This document shows positions 10,650 to 20,641 of a stretch of 20,641 nucleotides of DNA, one piece after another. Position numbers and translations under genes: made by a program. The notes under the pieces are model-generated. The model saw only the letters and a list, made by a program, of their open reading frames with translations, was not told the DNA's origin and made no database searches. The stretch's first letter is position 1. Every line of letters starts with the position of its first letter. The DNA comes from Plakobranchus ocellatus (taxonomy: Eukaryota): assembly GCA_019648995.1 (NCBI GenBank), contig BLXT01006878.1, forward strand, positions 2,657,671-2,678,311, written 5' to 3'.

Positions 10650-11541
10650 TAAAAAACATTAAACATGCATACTTTAATCTTATTATACAAACACCATTGC
10701 AAAAATATAAATGTAACAACAAACCAGCACACCACTTCATATAGCTGTGAGTATAAGACAAACTTGGCAAAGAAATGGCTCTGTAATGACTCATTCTTTA
10801 TCTGTGTATACTTATAAAATCTTTTTCTGCATGTTGATGCACTGGCTTTTAAAAATTATAAACTTTCTAGGTTTTTAAAAGCCAACAGTGAGGCCAGACA
10901 ATTTCTGCATTTACTAGAAATACTTCTTGAGACACAAGGTTACACTGTTTCCATGAAGATGCAAAAAAATCTGTACACTTTCTCTTGGAAATCACAAGTA
11001 TAAGGAACCTACGGAGGATAACCTTTCCTCTGCCTTTATCAGATTCTGTTTTTTACATCATATATAAAATAGACATTGGCACAGAAAGAGTTAAGATTTT
11101 GATATTTTGACATTTCAGTTTTCTTCAGTTGTGCAGCTGTTTGGTTTAACTTTTTTTTCCGGATAAAACAGCATCATGTTAAAAAATTGTGATCCATAAA
11201 AAGAATAATGTGCTACTTTATATTGACGAACCAAACAAATTCCACTTTATGGTTTTGAAAATTAATAAAAATTTATCTAGAGTTTAATTTTGAAGGAAAA
11301 AATATAGAAAAGTGAGAAAAATATCATGATTTAACTAAGCTTTTGCTAAAACAATGGTGCTACCCCTTACTTTCTTGGTGATAATTTATTTTTTTTCTTG
11401 GTACATTCCCTGAGGATTTGTTTTTATTTTTACTTTGTCTTCTTTTTTGAAATACAATATATTGTCCTTCTAAATTATCTTTTCTGAAAGACAATATTGG
11501 ATAGATCATACTGTCTGTAGATACTGTGCAGTATATTCTGA

Positions 11542-11559
11542 TTTATTTTCCATTTTATT
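11542..11559 (-). promoter_or_regulatory. Tandem AATAAA polyadenylation signals for the MVP transcript
   Basis: On the - strand, AATAAA occurs at + 11554-11559 and + 11542-11547, which is 9 and 21 nt after the TAG stop. Confidence 0.6.
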
Positions 11560-11567
11560 GAGTAATG

Positions 11568-11690
11568 CTAATCTTGGGAGTAAGTATGGTCTTTGCCCAC
11601 AAGACCTGCAGCAGTGTTGATCAGGTTGATTGGGGAGTTGCCATCTGTTAGTAGGACACTCTCCAAGCCAAGACCCTTCAGTAAATTCAG
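11568..11690 (-). CDS. MVP: Major vault protein terminal exon: [40 protein letters not shown]
   Basis: Matches the human MVP cap-ring '[30 protein letters not shown]' very closely. Excellent acceptor caattgttttttcag|CTG (+ ctg 11691-11693), phase 0. An in-frame TGA 15 nt upstream rules out any extension. TAG stop at + 11568-11570. It is followed on the - strand by two AATAAA signals within 30 nt. Confidence 0.85.
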   Translation of the reverse strand: MNLLKGLGLESVLLTDGNSPINLINTAAGLVGKDHTYSQD

Positions 11691-13851
11691 CTGAAAAAAC
11701 AATTGTCACTTAATACTTAATTTTTTTTTAAATAATTAAAGAAGATTAGTACTGGACTCTGAGCAAAATAAATAGATATACCTTGAATAAGAGGTAAATT
11801 TTTATTTTTTTTATAACCAATTTAAAAAGCCTTAAAAAGGGAACCTACAAACAAAATTATAGGACAAGATTTGCTGATATACTTCTTCTTTTTTTTTCCG
11901 TTAAGTCCTGCTCAGATCCTGGGATTCAAAATGCGGAAAAGTTAAAAACTTGAAATATTTAGCTGCCTCAAATCGAGAATGAAATAGATTTCAGCTTAAA
12001 AATTATATCAAATTAAAAATGACATAAATGGCAAATGAAGGAAAATGGTAATATTTCTTTTGAAATGGCACAAAAACATGTAAGAAAAATAGACATGTCA
12101 TAAAAAAGAATATATGTAAACCTGGTTTTGGGGTCCTGCATTTGCCATAGCCACAATAGTTGCAGGACCTAGAGCATTCACCATTTCTCTGAACTTGTTT
12201 ACCTTATGTGGACAAAAAAAGTATTGACCATTGAAAACAATTAAATTATCACTTTACTAAACATTTGAACTCATTTAAGGTAAATTAAAATACAAAGCAA
12301 AGAATCTTTGGATTTAAATGAGAAATTTCAACCTGAAAAAAATAAGCTTGGCAGCTTAACTCTAAGATTAACAAAAACCTACTACAAAAACAAACTTTAA
12401 AGATGTACAGTAATTTTGCGGCAAAATCCTGTTGAAGTGGTCTACATAATTTGAAAGCATTTGAAATATGTTTCTGTGGAGTATTCCATGATGAAAAATA
12501 TTGTTTTCCAAGACTGTGAAAATCCAATGTTCAAAAACATAAAACTCATACTTAATGTCATTCTTGTAGGGCACCACAATTCTAAGGTTTTGAGAAAAAA
12601 AAAGCATTTTAATTTGTTCTCTCATTGATGTATTTTTTAACTCTTGTATATGCAACACTTCCTTTGCATTTCTCAATTGTTTTATTAATTACTGAAAATA
12701 ATAGAAGACTTGGGACTGGTCATACACAGTCTCAAAGAGACTGAATCAAGACCTTGATTCACCGCTCATTGTAGACTAGATATATATCATTCAAACTAAA
12801 AATAAAAAAAAACCTGCTAAGACCAAAAGATTTCAGATAAGTTCCCTCTCTCTTTCTTTTCCCCGTTTGACTAACAAAGCTGACGATATATAGGTAAAGA
12901 TTTATTTAAATTGGCAAATTAATTGGGTGGATGACGTATGGCAAACAAAGCTATAATTCGCAAGGGAAAAAAAGCTTTTAAAAAACCTTAGATAAAAAAT
13001 TAGGTAATAAGTCCCTCCCCACTCCCACCCTTTCTCGCCTGATCCTGCAAAGTTCATTCCCAGAACATCAGTTATCACTAGATCTATCAAAGAACATTGA
13101 TTATCTCTTAAAAAAACAAGCTTGCAGCTACCTCATCAGAAATATGATGCTCACCTACCCATCCCACGATCTATCTTAAAAATAAGTCTAGCACTAGATT
13201 TAGATAAATATCAGGCACTCATGACAACCACTGACGGTCAGGGTTTGCATTTCTTTGTAAAGGACTTGGCAAAGTTTACATCTTTCTACCCATCTCTCCT
13301 GCACTCAGTCCCTGTTGACCACATGCCCCAAATTTGAGTGATAGACAGTTAAAACAAACAAACCTGCAAGGCATAGCGATGATAAACCCGCATATAAGTT
13401 TCATACAGTCAAAACCACTGTCACCAACCCAAATTTATGACTGGAAAGAGGCCATTAAATTTTTTTGTCCTCCTCTCTCTTTAAAAAACAAACATCAAAT
13501 AAAATGATGACAAACTTTCCATGTTAGCAAAGACTGATGGAGCAACCAATTATATTATTTTTATTTAGTGGATCTCCTTCACTATGCTATTTTGAACACA
13601 GCAATGTCAAACCTATGAATTTTTTTCTAATGATTTTGAGGTACCTGTGCTGGACTTCATTTATTAAGACTGCAAAACAGATTGAAAATTGAAACACATT
13701 GAAATGTTCCCAGAATATGTTATAAACATACCTCTATCTGTGAGAAGCTTTTCTGTTTCTCAATCTCCATAACATTAACTTTTCTGTTGTGATCTATGTC
13801 ACTTTTCTGTAACTGTAAAAACAAATTTTGAAAAGAAAAAAAATTGGACCA

Positions 13852-13852
<1 letters not shown>

Positions 13853-13884
<32 letters not shown>
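13853..13884 (+). repeat. Poly(A) tract, A32
   Basis: 32 consecutive A, lying inside the MVP intron between exons 11690 and 13996. Confidence 0.98.
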
Positions 13885-13887
<3 letters not shown>

Positions 13888-13995
13888 TCAAGAAGCCACC
13901 TTAGTCACAATCTAAAATTATACTTTTGAGGGTTGAAAGACAGTTTTTTGCACCTCCAATCGACCTTCTTTTTTTAATTAGATTTACTTGTCTAC

Positions 13996-14172
13996 AGCTG
14001 ATAGTGATGGCAACATAAATAATTTAACCAAGAATTTGGTCATTTGATCAGACATTTCTTCATACTGACATAATATGTATTTCATCTCAGCATTATTTTC
14101 ATTCTTCAGCCAGTTTTTGCCCAAATGATCCAATCTTTCATAATTTTGGTGATACAAAGTTCTCACTTTCAA
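13996..14172 (-). CDS. MVP: Major vault protein exon (divergent cap-helix segment): LKVRTLYHQNYERLDHLGKNWLKNENNAEMKYILCQYEEMSDQMTKFLVKLFMLPSLSA
   Basis: Strong acceptor tatattttgcag|TTG (+ ctg 14173-14175). Open in one frame only. Starts with KVR as in human 'QKVRELELVY...', and 'QMT' aligns with human 'KQMTEAIGP'. The 3' end was chosen at donor GCT|GTAGAC (phase 0) because the next confident exon needs phase 0. A better-looking donor GACAA|GTAAAT (exon end 13988, phase 2) exists but is phase-incompatible. Otherwise the frame runs into TAA at 13984-13986. Confidence 0.5.
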
Positions 14173-14903
14173 CTGCAAAATATATTTTGAAGGACTTGCA
14201 TTTTCACAAGCTGACAAAGATCATAATTATATTGAAACTGTAATGTTGCTTGATTTATCTAAAGGTATTGGGAACATATTATTATATAAGTCAAAAGTTC
14301 ATTTGTGTTGCAGTCCCTCAAAATGAGTTGAGTTGCGGTTTTGCATGATTAACTAAAGAGAAAAAAAAACATTCACTAGAGGGGTGAACACTATCAACCT
14401 CTCTGCATGGAAAACTTACTACAGACACACTTTAAGATTTTTGCACATGAAGCATTAGAAATTTTTTACCTCTTTACTTTAATATCTTAAGTTAATTTCA
14501 GTGATGCAGATCCGCAACTTGACCCATTTTGTGAGATTCCTCACATTCAGACAACAAAGGAATTGGAAAGACCTAGCATTTAAATTATAATTCATTTGGT
14601 CGACAAAAACATGTGATGAAGAAGAGGAAAAACTCACACACTTAAGTTTTTTCAAACAAAAGAAATTGTAATCAAAGAGAATTCTTGTCATGTGTATTCA
14701 CTCTACTGACAATAAAAGAGATTTCGAGGCACACTTTTTTTTAACTGCTCAATTTACCTTTTGATACATTTTTCCTTATAAAAATAATTGTCATATTAAT
14801 GTCAAATATGTCAAATAAGGTTACCACAATGAAGCACTGAAAAAAAAACTACTTTCAGTGTAAAAACATGCAGGCTTAAATTGCCAAAAAAAAAAAGCCT
14901 TAC

Positions 14904-14968
14904 CATAACTTTTATTGACAACAGAGAACTGTCCTCTATGTTAGCAGCTTCTGCCTTGAGTTTAGCCA
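14904..14968 (-). CDS. MVP: Major vault protein exon (phase 1 to 0): VAKLKAEAANIEDSSLLSIKVM
   Basis: Acceptor tttctttgcattag|TG (+ ctaa 14969-14972). Donor ATG|GTAAGG (+ ccttac 14898-14903). Aligns without gaps to human 'LQAKLKAQALAIETEAELQRVQKV' (AKLKA, IE, L, KV conserved). The spacing from the IEG motif of the preceding exon is identical to human. Confidence 0.75.
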
Positions 14969-16327
14969 CTAATGCAAAGAAAGAAAATACAAGAAATTTA
15001 TAGCAAAATTAGTTCAACACATTTTGTTTGAGATAAGCGACTCCAATCAAGGGAGATTCAAGATAAGCCTCTTTTTTTTTTAAAAACACTCTTAAAATAA
15101 TGTTTGGATATTTTCATCAACCTGTTGACTTGAAATTTGCCTTTGTTCATTCATTATTCAGAGAATGCCTGGATAAATAATGTTTGGACATTTTTACAAG
15201 TTGTGTATTCAAAATATTTTTAGGGAGTACTAATTATAATAAATCAGAAATAAAAACTCCTAAGCAACATTACATCAAGAAAGAATCAATTTTTCCATCA
15301 TGCAATTATAAGCTTAGTGCAACCAGAGGGTAATTCAAGCAATGACATCTTTTTTCTATGACCCTAACCTGGTTTGTGATGTGGTTTAGTCAAAATGGGT
15401 CACAGATGTAAACAATGCCAAATTTCTGTTAGATCTAGACTTATAATCTGTACAGATTTCAGAGTCTTAAAATTTCATTATAGTAAGTGTTTCAAAATTC
15501 ACAGTGATGAAAATGTGTCGGCATCAAAAAAGTGCTGTTACTGACAATGCCATGCCTTACATGTTCCTGGCTCCTAGATACTCATTTGCATAAATGAATG
15601 CCGGTTAATCACAAATATTTTTAGTCTCAATCAGACGACAAAAAAGGAAAAAAAAAAACTAAAATTTTTTTTTAAAGCCAAATTAAGGCTTTTTTTTTCT
15701 TCAAAATACTGACAATAAAATTAGCGGGTCAAAAAAAAAATTTTATTTTGATGTGCAACAAATTGTTTAAGAGATCGTGACGGTGTAAATTTAACCAACA
15801 AAAGCTTGCTGTTTCCTGGCTATTTCAGTCTTGCCTGAATCTGTATATCTATGCTATGATTAATTTAGTCACAATCAACTTGAGCAAGCGATGTAGCCTT
15901 TTGCATATACTCATGATGGACATAGTGATGAATAAACCTTCACTAACAAATCAGTTTTACTTTTAGAATTATTCGTATGTTAGGCAAGACTTATTTAAGG
16001 TCTAGATCTAATTGTAACGCAAATACACCGAGAAGACAGTTGTATCTATGAGATGAATGGTATTTGTTTACATCCAAGTCCCATTTCCTTGTTCATGCAA
16101 CTGCATCAAAATCCAAGGTCATGACCGAGTAAATATTCAAAAAAGCCTGTGGGTTTTCCCCCTTAGATATTTCCATGAACTTTAAAAAAAAAACATGTTA
16201 AAAGCATTCCTTCTCTGCCTGAAGTCATCTTGAGGGATGATTCCTCTCTATTAGTGAGTTCTTTGAAAATCTGTTTTATTTCTCAGTTTCTTTCCAGATG
16301 AAAAGGAAAATGGTAACAACATCCTAC

Positions 16328-16554
16328 CCTCAATGTCACTCTGGCCTTCAATCAGCAATCTCTCTGCCTGTGCCTGTGCCTCAGCTTTTGCTTGACCTGT
16401 TGACTCAACTGCAGCAGTCTGAGCCTTCAGCTCATATAGCTTCACTCGCTCTCGTTCAGACTCCTTCTCTGTCATCAGTATTTGGCGTTCTAGATGACCA
16501 CGAGCAATCTGCTCTTCCCTGGCTGCCTCATGAGATGCTGCTGCTTCAATAGAT
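16328..16554 (-). CDS. MVP: Major vault protein exon (phase 2 to 1): (K)SIEAAASHEAAREEQIARGHLERQILMTEKESERERVKLYELKAQTAAVESTGQAKAEAQAQAERLLIEGQSDIE
   Basis: Colinear with human MVP '[74 protein letters not shown]' (cap-helix coiled coil). Acceptor ctttgtgcag|A (+ 16555-16557). Donor GAGG|GTAGGA (+ tcctac 16322-16327). The phase-2 donor of the 19334 exon completes AAA (K) across the ~2.8-kb intron. Confidence 0.9.
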
Positions 16555-17512
16555 CTGCACAAAGATGTTCAATACAGTGCAATTCAGTTACTGTAGAGTT
16601 CTTGATTCCAGGGTAATATCAAAGAATGAGAAAGATAGAATTAATCAGAAAGCAAAATGTAAGCCACAAGCACTTGGTATGCTTCAATCTGAATCCTACA
16701 GCATATGCCATTCTGCCTTGCCTCTATTTTATTCATGCTTCTTCAAATGTTATAGTAATTAGATTGTGTAAGGGCTAAGTATCAAAATATACAAACCATT
16801 TACCCCACCACTCACCTTTTCTTAACAAAAAAAAAAACAAAAACAAAAAAAAAAAGAAAGAAAAAGAAAAAAAATTATTGATATGAAGGACTGCAAATCA
16901 GCAAGAACAAACTCCTCAGTCTCTCTCGAGTCGCCATTCCCTATTTTTAGCCTCCACAATTAACTTACTCCCTGAATCTTTCATGACAAATTGTCTTAGC
17001 TTTATATCCAGGGTAATTGTCTTGATGTCAAACCCAGAGTCAAACCTCTACATCTAATTTGTAAAATAATCTATAGAAGCCATGCTGAGCTTTAACTTCT
17101 TTTCCATCTCAATCACATTCCCAATAGGCAAAAGACTGAGTAATCTCAATAGATTTTTTGTCACAAAACAAAATAAGACTCAAAAACTGAAACAGAGACA
17201 TCACATTTATAATTATGTGATCCATATGCTAGGAAATGAGTCATTTTTCTGTAGTTGCCAAATACAAATTTAAAACACATCAGTCAAACATGATAGAAGA
17301 TACAATTTTTTTCACGTATTTCAGAAATGTAACCATTTGCAATGTACTGACAATTTGCTTTTTCAATATCTTCAATAGTTTTCACATACTTTGTTTGACA
17401 CCCTATAGGGTGCTTCCTCACAAAAAAAAACATGAGTTGTATATATGATCCCATAATTACTAATTTATCATCACAAAGGTGCTGCAAAAAAAATGTCTTG
17501 AGCAAAAATCCA

Positions 17513-17676
17513 AAAATTTTAAAAATGTTCACAAAAAAAAGAAACTCTTTTTGCATAAAAAAAAAGTCAAAAACAGCTCTGCAAAGCTATTCTTAAAATT
17601 TTAAAAATGTTCACAAAAAAAAGAAACCCTTTTTGCATTAAAAATAAGTGGAAAACAGCTCTGCAAAGCTATTCTT
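17513..17676 (+). repeat. Tandem duplication of an ~82-bp unit (about 90% identical copies)
   Basis: Unit aaaattttaaaaatgttcacaaaaaaaagaaacYctttttgcatWaaaa...aaaacagctctgcaaagctattctt occurs at 17513-17594 and 17595-17676, within the 2.8-kb MVP intron. Confidence 0.85.
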
Positions 17677-19333
17677 TGCCACAGAATCCATTTTAAAAAG
17701 ACTTGAACATTGGTTTTTTTTTGTTGTTTTTTTTAACGGTAACTGTAAAGCAAAATAAATCACCTCATGATTCATTTACATTCTCATCATCAAGTGGCAT
17801 TGATAGATATCAAATTATATTTGGTTTACTTGTAGTTATCAACACATAAGTTTCCTTTCAAGTTTGAAGAAAATAGAAACTTTTTTAAGCCATCTTTGTA
17901 AAGCAAGCTCCACCTTAGATTTAAGGGCAAGTGCTGCACTCAGGGGTGATTTTCTTTATTTCTTAAATGATACTTTTATAAAGGATTTATTTTTTATATA
18001 TGGCTCCCAAAAAGTGATATTAACAACCAAAATAACTTTTTTTTTTCAATTTACATTGGCATGGCAACAGAAAAAAATGTCGACCATCTTAAATATAAAC
18101 ATACATTTCAAAATCTTATAACTTCTAAATTAAATAAGATATCAACTTTTTCTATACCTGAATATGATTTTATGTTAAATTTGAAGGTTTTCAATTAACC
18201 TTTTAAGGTTAGACAGAAAAGGGAAATTTACATGAAATTATGAAAATTATATATAGATAAAATCAAAATTTTGGACACATAAAAATTAAAAAAAAATTTT
18301 TAGATGTGATTCCAAAAAGCCTATCTGTAAAGCAAGATAATACTCCCCTAAAACTTCATGGCAAGTTTCCAACAAATCTTATGAAAAAAAATTCAAAGTT
18401 TTAAGAACGTTTGTCTGAAAAAAATTCATTTTGAGAATATGGCCAATAAAGTCTGAGCAAAAATATTTTTGTTTTTTGACCAATTATGCGATGCCAGCTC
18501 CATATGATGGGCCTCCTTCAGCTCTCTCAAGCTCTTCCTGTTGCTTCTGTCTCCTTTCGGCCATTTTCTTATATCCAGTTCATGCTGGCGGTCACTCACG
18601 CACTAAACTGGCTGAAACTTCACTCAAAGGCCAACAAAGCATTATGTAAACAAATTAGCATAAGAACAGGTGATCTCTGTGTCACAATGAGATGTCAGAT
18701 TTTCGCTTCGATTTCATTGGGCAGTAACAGCTTGCAGGGCTGACAGTTGTGCACAAACTAAGGAACCAGAAGCCTCCATATGCAAAATCGACGCTGTTGT
18801 AATAAAAACCGTGGGAACCAGGACAGACCCTCCATATATGTTAATGGTTATGAATGGAGCTTGCTTCTTGGAAAATTTCAATTTAGATATCCATAAATGG
18901 TACTTCTGGTGGCATTGATAGGAAGGCTGCGACTTTGAACTTTCCATTGATATATAACATGCCTATGCTTTTAAAGGGGTAGCAGGCCTATATAGCTTGC
19001 ATAAACAGCAAATTTTGACACATTTTTCTTGAAAATTGGCAATCTTTCTTGGAGTAGCAATTTTGAATTTACAATAAAAGACAATTTTAGCCAAAGATAG
19101 GCCTAATAACACTCTTCAGATGATTACAAATTGGACAAACTTTACAAAACTACCTGTAGTCAAAATTTGACTCAGTGACCCAAATTAACCTCAGAACCCC
19201 CATCTCCAGAAGCCGCACTTGCCCTCAAAAGTCTAGTAGGAGAGAAAATTGTGAACGATAAATAACCATGCATCAAATGTGCAACCATCCAAACAAAAAC
19301 AAATATTCTAAATTGTTAAAATAAAAGCCTTAC

Positions 19334-19434
19334 TTTGTGGCAATTTCAATCGCTAACTGCACAGATTTGCTAAGGCTGTCTCTCATCTTGACATCAACTG
19401 GTTCAATACTTTGAACATCTACACCGCTGATAAC
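19334..19434 (-). CDS. MVP: Major vault protein exon (phase 0 to 2): [34 protein letters not shown]
   Basis: Reverse-strand translation matches the conserved MVP shoulder/cap-helix junction (human '[34 protein letters not shown]') almost residue for residue. Acceptor tgtttcag|GTT at 19435-19437 (+ strand ctg). Donor ACAAA|GTAAGG (+ strand ccttac at 19328-19333). Confidence 0.85.
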
Positions 19435-19478
19435 CTGAAACATTTAATAAGTACTAGATATTGTGAAAAGCCTCTTAC

Positions 19479-19532
19479 TCTGAGAATAGTCATAATCACA
19501 TTTTGCACAGCAGCACCAAACCTAAGCTGAGT
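19479..19532 (-). CDS. MVP: Major vault protein, tentative exon (phase 0 to 0) encoding TQLRFGAAVQNVIMTILR
   Basis: Acceptor gggtag| and strong donor CTCAGA|GTAAGA. Phase-compatible with the next exon. Weak similarity to the loop 'LPRPRDQAVFPQNGL' that precedes VVSSVDVQ in vertebrate MVP. The implied downstream intron is only 44 nt, which lowers confidence. Confidence 0.3.
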
Positions 19533-20641
19533 CTACCCAACAGGGCTATAAAATATTTTCATTCTTTTTAAGATCTGTCTTAAAAACTGGGTTCCTGCTT
19601 CTTATCAGAGAAAAAAATTCAAGAATTTCTCACAGAGCTTTTCATGGACTTGAACAGCATTTTCCATGATAATTTTGCAATACACGAACAAATAAAATGT
19701 ATGTTTAGATCAGAGAGTAAAGCAATTCATTCATTTACTATCATAAAATCCACCATAAAATAGATGGATTTAATCACTTAGCTTAAAAGCAACAGTCTGG
19801 GTGAAAGTGACGACTCTGACACACAGGAACAAGATACCTCTGATGGCCTCTAGATTTCTTATGTGATGTAAGGGCACTGCAACTCATGTTGGCAATATCT
19901 ATTTTCGTACTACAGATTTTACATCAGGGTAATATATACTAGAAGGCATTGAAGCCAACCAATATCTCAAGTGTTTGATTGAGAACCATTAATTATTTTT
20001 CTTGGCATATTCCAAAAGATATCTAATTCGGACAAATATGATAGTCAATTGACTATGGATGATGAAATTACAGATTTATGATTAACCTCTATATCCTGGA
20101 AAATATAAAGTAGGTCTATACAAGAAAGATGGAAAACAGATGTTTGTCCTGTATTTTGAAATGATATATATTAAAGACATTTTGCTTTCAAAATATATTT
20201 AAAGCTATGTTCTAGTTTAATTACATCCTATTAAAATTTTACCATTTTGAATTTCAAAATTTTAGTTTAAAAAATTTGAACATTATTTCAAATTTTGAGA
20301 ATTTATGTGACTATTCAAATGTCATCTTTGTATGAATATTGCCTCTGTAACCAAAACTTTAAAAAAAGAAACAAAAATAAAAAGCACTGTAGTTTTGCAG
20401 TGGGTAAAAAGGAAAATGTAATAATATCCATCTTTCTGTCATAAATAATTTAAATCAAAAAAATATTTCAGATACAACCTGTTGATATCAAACGTAAAAT
20501 TTCAGTCAATTCTATTTGTAGCTGAATGTAGACCTTTGCAACTCTTCCAAGAAAACTCCTAAGACAGCTTCATAAAATTGAAGCTGAGAACCTTATTATA
20601 ATAATAAAATAAGCAATTTCAACAAAAATTCCTCCCCTTGC

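Noticed and set aside
13900-13990. Possible further MVP exon ('RSIGGAKNCLSTLKSIILDCD') just downstream of the 13996-14172 exon
   Set aside because: It would require a 20-nt intron with an A-rich non-canonical acceptor. The homologous terminal exon is unambiguously at 11568-11690.
17284-17556. Minus-strand ORF with 'KYVKTIEDIEKANCQYIANGYISEI', which superficially resembles the MVP 'VDVQSVEPVD...LAIEI' segment
   Set aside because: The genuine, near-identical MVP exon for that segment is at 19334-19434. No phase-compatible donor links this ORF to the 16554 acceptor. It lies inside the intron and half of it is the 82-bp tandem repeat.
1-20641. Prokaryotic-style novel system (defence island, CRISPR, operon)
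   Set aside because: The sequence is eukaryotic. It has spliced genes with GT-AG introns, AATAAA signals, microsatellites and about 33% GC, and no operon-like gene packing or CRISPR-like repeat-spacer arrays.

Overview
This is AT-rich (roughly one-third GC) eukaryotic DNA, almost certainly from a metazoan (invertebrate-like). I see no prokaryotic operon structure and no CRISPR or defence-island signature. Two protein-coding loci are well supported. (1) A single-exon, 649-aa SLC16/monocarboxylate-transporter (MCT) family gene on the + strand (4970..6919), with an unusually long central cytoplasmic loop. (2) The 3' half of a spliced major vault protein (MVP) gene on the - strand. Five exons (19334..19434, 16328..16554, 14904..14968, 13996..14172, 11568..11690) have GT-AG boundaries, mutually consistent phases and near-colinear identity to the MVP shoulder/cap-helix/cap-ring region. 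A sixth, weaker exon sits at 19479..19532. The gene's 5' part must lie beyond the right end of the window. The two genes converge tail-to-tail with about 4.4 kb between their 3' ends. The rest is introns or intergenic DNA carrying microsatellites: (CT)37, (AG)22 inside a ~160-nt polypurine tract, A32, (AAAT)n and (AT)n. There are also several small tandem duplications (21 bp x2, 82 bp x2, a diverged ~85-bp pair), a dispersed palindromic AGATCT/TCTAGA repeat cluster (199..545), a perfect 11-bp-stem hairpin, and two GC-richer islands (2280..2560; 18480..18850) that look like promoter/first-exon regions. A second, unrecognised spliced gene on the + strand upstream of the MCT gene is suggested by phase-compatible exons at 3334..3613 and 3698..3817. 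Note that the supplied ORF track treats GTG/TTG as starts, so many of its 'M' residues are not ATG.
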